From positions 1 to 44,549 of the forward strand of contig CAYIWH010000003.1 of assembly GCA_964367075.1 (NCBI GenBank): a stretch of 44,549 nucleotides of DNA. Direction: 5' to 3'. Position numbers and translations under genes: made by a program. Source of the stretch: an uncultured Candidatus Saccharibacteria bacterium (GTDB lineage: Bacteria; Patescibacteriota; Minisyncoccia; UBA11713; 2-01-FULL-45-33). Under the pieces are notes generated by a model. It ran no database searches. It saw only the letters and a program-made list of their open reading frames with translations, and was not told the origin of the DNA. Below are positions 10,426-18,875 of this stretch, in pieces (position 1 is the first letter of the stretch; the number at the start of each line of letters is the position of its first letter).

Positions 10426-11718
10426 ATGTCCAAAAAATTCCAATTATTAATAATTATTATTTTTATCGCAGGCACCGGATTACGCCTTGCTTCTTTTTCG
10501 TGGAACACCGTTGTGCACGGCGATGTTGGGCAATACGCGGTCGCGTCCGAAGCGCTTGCTCACGGGTGGAATTTTTTGATTGATGCCGCGACCGATAAGC
10601 CGCATTTTTATTCTCTGCAAAAAACTGGCGGTAGATTTTTGGAGCACAATCCTTTGTGGCCGTTTATTGGGGGCATATTTATGAAAATATCTGACCTTGA
10701 CGGATATAAGACACTGAAAACGCTTTCTTTGATTAGTGGCATCGTGATCTTATATTTTGTTTTTTTGTTGGGGCGCAGGTTGGGTGGGGATCATGTCGCG
10801 ATCTTATCTTTATTTTTTACGGCGTTCTCATATCTTTTGATCGATTATTCCGGCAATGGTTCGTTTTATATTTTTCAGGCTCTTTTATATCTTGTGTTTG
10901 TATTATTGATGGTAGACGCGGAACGTCCGCGCAACCAGATAGCGCTTAGCGCGGTGATGGGTATCGGTATATTGCTCAATCAACAGGCGCTTATATTGAT
11001 CGCTGTATACGTTGTATATTGGCTGGTTGCAATATGCAGATCGCGCCGCGTTGCTACACTGGCGATCGCCTGGGGTCTTGCGATCCCGGCACTGTTTTAT
11101 CTGCCGTGGGGGGTCCGCAACTATATGCTTTTTGGCACGCCATTTTCGATGGTTGATACCGCATATGTCTGGAACAAACTCGGAGTAGGTAGTATCGTGG
11201 AAAACAATATCATTTCTTTTCGCATCACATTACAGACATATGGTACGTTGTTGTGGCGTGAGATCACATTTTGGTTCCCGCACAATCTATATTTTTTAAA
11301 TCGCCAATTTTTTGTTTTGGCTCCCGTTGTGTACATAGCGACGCTATTTGCCGCGGCGCGTATGTTATTTAAGGATTTGCGGGAGCAAATGCGTCATTTG
11401 CTGCCGCTCGCGTTAGTTTTAGGGGCTCATATCGCTCTGTCATCCGCGTGGCCAATCGCAAAATTCCGCTATATCGCGCCGGCATTACCGCTCATATTCA
11501 TTTTAGGGAGTTATTATATGATACATATGATTTTGGGCGCCCGATTGAGACGTTTTGCCGTAGTAGCAAGTATGATTGGTATCGTTGTTGTATCTTTGCT
11601 AACATACGTCTCAACGCCGACGCATACATATTATTATGGCGGATCGATTACGACGGATAATTTTGGAAAAAACGGCGAGGTAGAATTTTTAAAAAGTTTA
11701 AATAATCCGGAAGAATAA
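10426..11718 (+). CDS. ArnT/PMT-like (GT-C fold) membrane glycosyltransferase
   Basis: HGDVGQY loop, HNPLWPFI, many TMs, PWGVRNYMLFGTPF, KFRYIAP. Confidence 0.8.
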   Translation: MSKKFQLLIIIIFIAGTGLRLASFSWNTVVHGDVGQYAVASEALAHGWNFLIDAATDKPHFYSLQKTGGRFLEHNPLWPFIGGIFMKISDLDGYKTLKTLSLISGIVILYFVFLLGRRLGGDHVAILSLFFTAFSYLLIDYSGNGSFYIFQALLYLVFVLLMVDAERPRNQIALSAVMGIGILLNQQALILIAVYVVYWLVAICRSRRVATLAIAWGLAIPALFYLPWGVRNYMLFGTPFSMVDTAYVWNKLGVGSIVENNIISFRITLQTYGTLLWREITFWFPHNLYFLNRQFFVLAPVVYIATLFAAARMLFKDLREQMRHLLPLALVLGAHIALSSAWPIAKFRYIAPALPLIFILGSYYMIHMILGARLRRFAVVASMIGIVVVSLLTYVSTPTHTYYYGGSITTDNFGKNGEVEFLKSLNNPEE

Positions 11719-11832
11719 ATGTTCGATCCGAAATATAAAATATATATATATGCGATTATCTGGATCTTTATGATATTTACGTTCATTGAGGGCGTTATGT
11801 TGCGTTGGTCATTTCATTTCTATGGTTTCTAA
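11719..11832 (+). CDS. Candidate 37-aa single-TM small protein (MFDPKYKIYIYAIIWIFMIFTFIEGVMLRWSFHFYGF)
   Basis: ATG directly follows the upstream TAA; stop overlaps the start of the next gene; one hydrophobic helix; fills the whole intergenic gap. Confidence 0.55.
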   Translation: MFDPKYKIYIYAIIWIFMIFTFIEGVMLRWSFHFYGF

Positions 11833-14242
11833 AATAGAACAATTTCTTTCGCGGTGGTGGGGGATGGCGATCGTATTGGGCATTCCGTGTGTCATTGTTT
11901 TGGCGACGCTTCTTTTTGGGCGCCAGGTATTCGGTAGCTTTATCGGCATCGAACAGCAGTTGCAATATACGTACTTTTATCAGGACGCGGTGATCCGCGG
12001 AGATTCTGCGCTATGGAATCCTTATAATTTTTCCGGCTTTCCGACGTTTGCTGATCTTAATATTGGATTCTTCTCTCCTCTTGTCTATCTCGGAAGTCTT
12101 TTTTTGAGTGTTCCTGCGCTTTACTATTGGATGACGTTAATGACTATGATCCTTTCCGGGTTATTTTCCGCACTTTTGATGCGCTCTTTTAATGTGTCTA
12201 TATTGGGTCAATATATAGCGGGACTTATTTTTATATTTGTGACACGACAACAATGGCCCGATCTTACGGTGATGGAGTCTTTTATGCTGTTGCCGGGGAT
12301 CTTGTGGCTACTACATGAGATTGCCCGATCGGAGCGCCGGAAAATAACTATGTTGGCGGGCACTCTTGGTGCAATGCTTGTTTTGCAGGGATGGCTTGGC
12401 GGGCATTGGCATTTTGTTCTCAACGCGCTTTTGGTCGGGGGATTATTTGCGGTGTATCTTTTTTGGATCCATCGTTCGTATCGCATCCTTGTTTCTTATG
12501 TCGTTATGGTGTTGATGGGTACTTTTTTTGGTTTATTTAAAATGATACCCGTGTTTGTCATGATGAGTCATTCCGCCAGGGCCGGAGGATTTGGAGAAAC
12601 ATTCATTAGTGGCGAGGGTTTTTCGCTCATGGGTTTATTTACATTGTTGTCTCCTTCATTTGCTCATCCGCTGTTTCAGTCTGACGCGGATTGGATCTAT
12701 CTCGGACTGTTATCATTATTTTTGGCTGCCGGAGCGCTTACCTGGCGCTTACGCTCTCACAATGGTTTTTTTACGTACCTCATGGTTTTTTCGGCTCTCC
12801 TCGGCGTTCGTGGCTTGCCGTTTTTTGCGGTTTTACAACGAATCCCCCCGTTTACATTTACTCACTCCGCTGTTCGCTGGATCTACGTGGTAGGTTTTGC
12901 CATCGCGGTATTGGCTGGGTTTGGAATTGACCAAATAAAAAAGGGCACGGATATTCAGCGTTGGCGTGCTATTGCACGGAGATTTACTTTTACTTTTTTT
13001 ATATTTACTGTGGCCAGTATCGCCGGAGCCATTGTTACGCGGTTGGCGCAAAGGCATGCACGAGAGCTTTTGTTCCTGGGTAATAAGTATTTTGAAAAAT
13101 ATTATTATCACGCATCGTCCCCGATCCCATTGGAAAGCTATCATGTGTACATAGCAAAAATGTTCAATCAGGCTCTCTCTCTTTTTAATATCGGAAATGA
13201 CCAATTCTTTTTCGCTCTTATATTTATAGCCGTCAGTTCTTTCATTGTGTGGTTCTTTGCCAGTGGCTACATAACACCGCAAAACACGGCAATCGTGATA
13301 TCGATCGTTCTTGTCGGAAATTTTATCGGAACGCATATTTTTTTTGGGGATAGGTTTGCACGGACTGTATATGAAAAGGATCCTGTGACTGTCTCTTTTC
13401 TAAAAAATAAGACGGCACAAAACAAGCCGGAAGATGATGTTGGCCGGGTTATCTCATTTCTTGACGGGCGCGTGGAAAGTGAAATACTCGAGAATATTTA
13501 TGCGAACTCACCGCCTGCAGCGGAAAATTTTCAACTATACAGCGCAACACTGGTTCCTTCGCGCAACATAAAATACGGCATTACCAGCGCCGGATACAAT
13601 GCTACGATCACAAATCTTTCCATGGCGCGTGCAGTCGGTTATATCGGAGGACAAGTACAAATCTCTGATGCGGGGACGGGTTTGCTCAGAAATCTTAATC
13701 TTTCCGTACAAGAAAAGTCGCGCCTTTTCACCCACCGCCGCCCCATTATCTCCCTCCTTGGTATCCGCTATATTACGAGCGCCTACGCGCTCGATGAGAA
13801 AGTATTTCCCAAAGTCTTTGAAACCACCGCAACCTCCTACAACATCCCCGTCTATATCTACGAGAACACAGAAGCACGGCCTCTGTACTACTTCACCCAA
13901 GAAACAGAGCTCTTAGACCTTCCTACCTCAACCACACCCCAAGAGCTCCAGACATTGATAGAGAAGACCAATAAGACCCATTCCATCACCCAAGAGGGCA
14001 TTGCCCTCCAAGAACGTAAGAATGCCTCTTTAAAGCTCACCACCAATACTTCAAAACCACAGCTTCTCGTATTCTCCCAAAACAATCTTCCCGGATGGCG
14101 TGTGTTCATAGATGATCAGCGAGTACCGCTCCATACCTTTGCCACTGTTTATCAGGCAATAGTAGTGCCTCCAGGAACCCATGACATACGCTTTAAATAT
14201 AGTTATTGGGAGATATGGAGGGAGTTTTTGAAAAAAAGATGA
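11822..14242 (+). CDS. YfhO-family (GT-C fold) membrane protein, paralog 1
   Basis: LWNPYNFSGFPTFA, GWLGGHWHF, many TMs, LLGIRYI, C-terminal SQNNLPGWRVFID...VPPGTHDIRFKY; start ATG 11822. Confidence 0.85.
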   Translation: MVSKIEQFLSRWWGMAIVLGIPCVIVLATLLFGRQVFGSFIGIEQQLQYTYFYQDAVIRGDSALWNPYNFSGFPTFADLNIGFFSPLVYLGSLFLSVPALYYWMTLMTMILSGLFSALLMRSFNVSILGQYIAGLIFIFVTRQQWPDLTVMESFMLLPGILWLLHEIARSERRKITMLAGTLGAMLVLQGWLGGHWHFVLNALLVGGLFAVYLFWIHRSYRILVSYVVMVLMGTFFGLFKMIPVFVMMSHSARAGGFGETFISGEGFSLMGLFTLLSPSFAHPLFQSDADWIYLGLLSLFLAAGALTWRLRSHNGFFTYLMVFSALLGVRGLPFFAVLQRIPPFTFTHSAVRWIYVVGFAIAVLAGFGIDQIKKGTDIQRWRAIARRFTFTFFIFTVASIAGAIVTRLAQRHARELLFLGNKYFEKYYYHASSPIPLESYHVYIAKMFNQALSLFNIGNDQFFFALIFIAVSSFIVWFFASGYITPQNTAIVISIVLVGNFIGTHIFFGDRFARTVYEKDPVTVSFLKNKTAQNKPEDDVGRVISFLDGRVESEILENIYANSPPAAENFQLYSATLVPSRNIKYGITSAGYNATITNLSMARAVGYIGGQVQISDAGTGLLRNLNLSVQEKSRLFTHRRPIISLLGIRYITSAYALDEKVFPKVFETTATSYNIPVYIYENTEARPLYYFTQETELLDLPTSTTPQELQTLIEKTNKTHSITQEGIALQERKNASLKLTTNTSKPQLLVFSQNNLPGWRVFIDDQRVPLHTFATVYQAIVVPPGTHDIRFKYSYWEIWREFLKKR
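13725..14229 (+). repeat. 505-bp direct repeat, copy 1 (matches 17596..18100)
   Basis: Line-by-line comparison from TTTTCACCCACCGCCG to GGGAGTTTTT found no mismatch; offset 3871 bp. Confidence 0.95.
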
Positions 14243-14982
14243 CAAGCAATCTTGATATTTTTCTTTCAGTGGTGATTCCTGCATACAACGAAGAGCGACG
14301 TTTGCCACATACTCTTGTTTCAACGATTGATTACTTATCTCGGCAATCGTGGAACTATGAGATCATTGTTGTTTCTGATGGATCGTCTGATAATACCGTC
14401 AATATTGTAAAACAGTTCAAGCATGGCTACGAGAACATTATTATTTTGGATAACGAACAAAATCGCGGAAAAGGATATGCGGTGCGTCAGGGCATGATCG
14501 CGGCACGAGGGCATTTAAAGCTTTTTATGGACGCAGATAATGCCACGAAGATAAATGAAATAGAAAAATTGTTGCCGTTTGTGCCGACTCACGATGTTGT
14601 TATCGGATCCATTGGTGCATTGGGAGCGCATATGACACAAAGAGAAACGATATTTCGTATCATTGCGGGAAAACTCGGAAATCTTTTTATTCGGCTGCTT
14701 TTGATTCCGGGTATCTATGACACGCAGCGTGGGTTTAAGTTGTTTACTAAAAAAGCTGCGGATGAAATATTCCCTCGTCTCGTGGTTTCGCGATGGGGAT
14801 TTGATGTGGAGGCGCTGGCACTTGCAAGGGCGTCTGGTTTTTTAATTAAAGAAATACCGATCATCTGGTCACATCAGCAAGAGAGTAAGGTCGGGATGTT
14901 GTCGTATGCAAACGTGTTGGTGGATGTTTTGCGAATTCGCTGGCGATTGTGGCAAGACCTTTATAATATAAAGCATTTATGA
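14239..14982 (+). CDS. Dolichyl/polyprenyl-phosphate beta-glucosyltransferase-like GT2 (ALG5-like)
   Basis: SVVIPAYNEERRL, NRGKGYAV, FMDADNAT, DTQRGFKLF, WGFDVEAL; ATGA overlap at 14239. Confidence 0.88.
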   Translation: MTSNLDIFLSVVIPAYNEERRLPHTLVSTIDYLSRQSWNYEIIVVSDGSSDNTVNIVKQFKHGYENIIILDNEQNRGKGYAVRQGMIAARGHLKLFMDADNATKINEIEKLLPFVPTHDVVIGSIGALGAHMTQRETIFRIIAGKLGNLFIRLLLIPGIYDTQRGFKLFTKKAADEIFPRLVVSRWGFDVEALALARASGFLIKEIPIIWSHQQESKVGMLSYANVLVDVLRIRWRLWQDLYNIKHL

Positions 14983-14995
14983 TTTAATAGTTTGT

Positions 14996-15703
14996 ATGGA
15001 TGTACAAGATCGCTTGAAGTTAACAAAAGAGAATTTTACTCAATGGAACGAAGAAATGGTTAAGAAATACGGAACTATTTTAGAATCACAAACGCGCCAT
15101 TCTAATGCGATAGTACGATATATTGAAGGATTGCGGGTACGATGGGTGGTGCGGTATGTAAATGCGAATGAAAATGATATCGCGCTTGATGTAGGATGTG
15201 GCGGTGGAAATATATTAGAAAAAATTAAAGCAGGGAAGCTTTACGGCATTGATTTGTCGGAGACTCTTTTGGTGGTCGCCAAAAAACGACTGGGCGACCG
15301 AGCTACACTGCTAAATGGTGACGCGGAAGATATGGCTAAACTTTTCCCAAACAAAAAGTTTAGTAAAATTTTTTCCAGCGAGGTTATTGAACATTTGCTT
15401 CGTCCAGAAGCAATGATTTCAGAAATATATAAACTTATTGATACGAACGGGATTGTTGTCATCTCGATCCCGAATGAAAAAGTTATAAAAGCAGTAAAAC
15501 GAGTGTTGATTGTGACAGGATTGTTTAAACTCCTTTTTGCAAAGCGCAAAGAGGAAGCAGAGTATGAATGGCATTTGCATGATTTCGATTTGACCATGCT
15601 CCAGAAACTTATTCAAGGAAAATTTGTTGTTCAAAAAATAAAAAGAATCCCATTTTGGTTTTTTCCGTTGCGGTACGTTGTACGGATGAGCCCTATTAAA
15701 TAA
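14996..15703 (+). CDS. Class I SAM-dependent methyltransferase
   Basis: LDVGCGGG, GIDLS, SEVIEHL, ISIPNE, EWHLHDF. Confidence 0.88.
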   Translation: MDVQDRLKLTKENFTQWNEEMVKKYGTILESQTRHSNAIVRYIEGLRVRWVVRYVNANENDIALDVGCGGGNILEKIKAGKLYGIDLSETLLVVAKKRLGDRATLLNGDAEDMAKLFPNKKFSKIFSSEVIEHLLRPEAMISEIYKLIDTNGIVVISIPNEKVIKAVKRVLIVTGLFKLLFAKRKEEAEYEWHLHDFDLTMLQKLIQGKFVVQKIKRIPFWFFPLRYVVRMSPIK

Positions 15704-15713
15704 GTTGAAAATT

Positions 15714-18113
15714 ATGGCAGATGCGTCGGAGCGATTCTTAAAAAAGTGGTGGGGGATGGCTTTAACGCTTTCCGGAGTTATTTTTTTGACGCTTTTGCCT
15801 CAGCTTATTGGATATACTGAAATACTCCTAAGAACGTATGAGCTGTTTCAATTCCCAGTGCTTGTGTTTTATAAAGTCGCAATTTTACAAGGAGAAAGTA
15901 TTTTATGGAATCCATTTATTTTTTCCGGATTTCCAGTTTTCGTAAGTGTTACGGGCGGTTTTTTTTCTCCAATTTTCTATGTCGCTCTCAAGTTTTTCTC
16001 AGTTCCTTTGGCATACCATTGGTTGACGTTTTTTAATCTTTTAATTGCTTCTTTTGTTACCACGCGCGTTGCTCATAAATTGCACATTAGGCCATTGGGA
16101 CAGTTTCTTGCAGGGATCGTATATATTTTTGGCGCGGGACATTATGTTTTTTTCCTTCCCGCGACAAATGCGCTTGTTTTATTGCCGATTCTCGTTTTTT
16201 GTTTAATGGAAGCCGACGAGAGGCTGCGTTTTTGGCCTATAGCTGTTGGAACATTTGGTGTTTTTTTGGGGTGGACCTCTTCTCATTGGCAGTGGTTTTT
16301 TTTGGTTTTAACTACCGTCGGCTTTTTTGCAATATATTTTTCATATAACAGAGCTCAACAGGGCGTAAAAAATTTTTTTCAACCACTTCTTTGTTTTATA
16401 TGCATGGTAGCGGGAGGGACTTTTTTTGGTTTGATACAGATTATTCCAACACTAACATTCGTCCCACTCTCGGTTCAATTGGCGAGCGGGTACTCTCATG
16501 TTGCAGATCTGTACGCAGGCATTAATCCGATTACACTTGTCACGTTTTTTTTGCCGTATTTTGAGCATTCTTTTATCACCGCAGAGTCTATATATATTGG
16601 CATATTACCAATTGTATTTTTTCTTGCAGCTATCAGATTTTCAACGCTCATTAGTAGGTTTCTTATTTTGTTATTTTGGATGTTGTTTTTGTTGGCGACA
16701 GCCTATTCTCCGTTGTTTTGGCTGATGCATCATATCCCGCCACTTAATTTGCTTCATGGACCACAGCGGTGGATATACGTCGGATTTTTCCCCTTTGCGC
16801 TTCTAGTTGGTTTTGGAGCAGACGCACTAAGAGATCCAAAAAACGCTTTTCGTATAAAAATATTTTCACGCTTGATCAAGTGGATATCAATACTTTTGGT
16901 GATGGTAAGCACGGCGAGCGGATTTTTGAAGTATTTCTTTAATGACAAATTACTCTTCTTGCTCAATACATATTTCGATGAATTTTTATTTTCTCCATCT
17001 ATGCAGTATGCTCCAGATTATTACCATCGCTATATTGCAAGTACGATAAATTCTGCGTTACAAATTTTTGATCCTCTTAATATTCAGTTTGCTCTTCCTA
17101 TGTTTTTTTTGGTGTGCACATATATTTTGTTGAGGTATTATGAGCGGACCAAATTCGAAAGTAAAAACTTTATTGCTATAGCCACTATTGTTGTGGTTTT
17201 GAATTTTGTTTTTGTATTTTGGGCGTTCGACGGGCTGTGGAGTAGGCAAAAATATTTAAATACTATGCCAAAAACCACAGATTTTATTAAAGATTCTTAT
17301 AATGGAAGATATTTTACTTTTTTGGGAACTACCGCGATTTTTGAAAAGCTTACGATTCCGCATTCAGGAGAAAAAGATTTTCGTAAAAATCTTTTTGATT
17401 TTAATGGCGAACTTTTATTATTAAATATAAATGTACCATATAAAATCCATGGAGCCGAATATTTGGAACCCATGGCATCTCGCAATATGGCCGAGTTGCT
17501 TGCGTATTTGGGAAGTCCAGCCGCAGGCACCGTTCGTGGAGTTGCAACTACAACATTGCTTGATGCAAAAATATCGGTTGCAAAGAAATCTCAAATTTTC
17601 ACCCACCGCCGCCCCATTATCTCCCTCCTTGGTATCCGCTATATTACGAGCGCCTACGCGCTCGATGAGAAAGTATTTCCCAAAGTCTTTGAAACCACCG
17701 CAACCTCCTACAACATCCCCGTCTATATCTACGAGAACACAGAAGCACGGCCTCTGTACTACTTCACCCAAGAAACAGAGCTCTTAGACCTTCCTACCTC
17801 AACCACACCCCAAGAGCTCCAGACATTGATAGAGAAGACCAATAAGACCCATTCCATCACCCAAGAGGGCATTGCCCTCCAAGAACGTAAGAATGCCTCT
17901 TTAAAGCTCACCACCAATACTTCAAAACCACAGCTTCTCGTATTCTCCCAAAACAATCTTCCCGGATGGCGTGTGTTCATAGATGATCAGCGAGTACCGC
18001 TCCATACCTTTGCCACTGTTTATCAGGCAATAGTAGTGCCTCCAGGAACCCATGACATACGCTTTAAATATAGTTATTGGGAGATATGGAGGGAGTTTTT
18101 CGTTTTCAAATAA
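15714..18113 (+). CDS. YfhO-family (GT-C fold) membrane protein, paralog 2
   Basis: LWNPFIFSGFPVF, SHWQWF, many TMs; C-terminal ~168 aa identical to paralog 1. Confidence 0.85.
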   Translation: MADASERFLKKWWGMALTLSGVIFLTLLPQLIGYTEILLRTYELFQFPVLVFYKVAILQGESILWNPFIFSGFPVFVSVTGGFFSPIFYVALKFFSVPLAYHWLTFFNLLIASFVTTRVAHKLHIRPLGQFLAGIVYIFGAGHYVFFLPATNALVLLPILVFCLMEADERLRFWPIAVGTFGVFLGWTSSHWQWFFLVLTTVGFFAIYFSYNRAQQGVKNFFQPLLCFICMVAGGTFFGLIQIIPTLTFVPLSVQLASGYSHVADLYAGINPITLVTFFLPYFEHSFITAESIYIGILPIVFFLAAIRFSTLISRFLILLFWMLFLLATAYSPLFWLMHHIPPLNLLHGPQRWIYVGFFPFALLVGFGADALRDPKNAFRIKIFSRLIKWISILLVMVSTASGFLKYFFNDKLLFLLNTYFDEFLFSPSMQYAPDYYHRYIASTINSALQIFDPLNIQFALPMFFLVCTYILLRYYERTKFESKNFIAIATIVVVLNFVFVFWAFDGLWSRQKYLNTMPKTTDFIKDSYNGRYFTFLGTTAIFEKLTIPHSGEKDFRKNLFDFNGELLLLNINVPYKIHGAEYLEPMASRNMAELLAYLGSPAAGTVRGVATTTLLDAKISVAKKSQIFTHRRPIISLLGIRYITSAYALDEKVFPKVFETTATSYNIPVYIYENTEARPLYYFTQETELLDLPTSTTPQELQTLIEKTNKTHSITQEGIALQERKNASLKLTTNTSKPQLLVFSQNNLPGWRVFIDDQRVPLHTFATVYQAIVVPPGTHDIRFKYSYWEIWREFFVFK
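17596..18100 (+). repeat. 505-bp direct repeat, copy 2 (matches 13725..14229)
   Basis: Direct sequence comparison. Confidence 0.95.
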
Positions 18114-18137
18114 CGTTTTTTGAAGTACTATTATACT

Positions 18138-18872
18138 ATGGAAACCAAACTGTATCGCGAGATGTATCAACAAGAAAAGCGCCATTGGTGGTTTGTGGGA
18201 AGAAGAAAAATTATTCATAGCTTTCTACAACAATGTATACATACGCCCCGCGCTTCCGCTCTTGATGTCGGCTGCGGCACCGGATTTAATCTCGAATTGT
18301 TGCGGGAATTTTCCAACGATGTCCAGGGATTGGAGCCGTCTTCCGAGGTTGTAAGCTTTTTGCAGCAAGAACGTGCGGATTTTCCCATCATTCACGGTAC
18401 ATTTCCAGAAGATGCCATGTCCAAAACATATGACATTGTCACATTGTTGGACGTACTCGAACACATAGACGATGATGAGGCCGCGCTAAAAAAGATAGAA
18501 AAATTGCTCGCGCCCGATGGAATTGCTTTAATCACGGTGCCGGCGCTTTCCTTTTTATGGACTGAGCATGATACACTTCATCATCACAAGCGCCGATATA
18601 CCAAAAAAGAATTAATAGAAAAGATTGGACGTTCTACTCATTTAGAAATAGAACAAATCAGTTACATGAATTTTTTGCTCGCACCCATGATTATGGCGAT
18701 AAGGATGATAAAGAAGATCTTGCATGCAAGACCCGACAAATCCGACTTATTTGCTGTGTCGGCCATACCAAATGCCATATTGATAGGCATATTTTCATTT
18801 GAGCTCCATATATTGCGTTTTATCAATTTTCCATTCGGGATCTCTTTAATATGCGTTTTGCGCAAGAAATAA
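18138..18872 (+). CDS. Class I SAM-dependent methyltransferase
   Basis: EKRHWWFVGRR, LDVGCGTG, LDVLEHI, TVPA..LWTEHD..HHHKRRY; start ATG 18138. Confidence 0.9.
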   Translation: METKLYREMYQQEKRHWWFVGRRKIIHSFLQQCIHTPRASALDVGCGTGFNLELLREFSNDVQGLEPSSEVVSFLQQERADFPIIHGTFPEDAMSKTYDIVTLLDVLEHIDDDEAALKKIEKLLAPDGIALITVPALSFLWTEHDTLHHHKRRYTKKELIEKIGRSTHLEIEQISYMNFLLAPMIMAIRMIKKILHARPDKSDLFAVSAIPNAILIGIFSFELHILRFINFPFGISLICVLRKK

Positions 18873-18875
18873 CAA

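Noticed and set aside
13535-17980. Duplicated antisense and alternative-frame ORFs (13535..13900, 13888..14109, 17421..17771, 17759..17980)
   Set aside because: Shadows of the repeated YfhO segment; its biased composition lowers stop frequency
13725-18100. Diversity-generating retroelement TR/VR pair
   Set aside because: The copies show no adenine-specific (or any visible) mismatches, are longer than a typical TR, are both coding, and no reverse transcriptase is in the window
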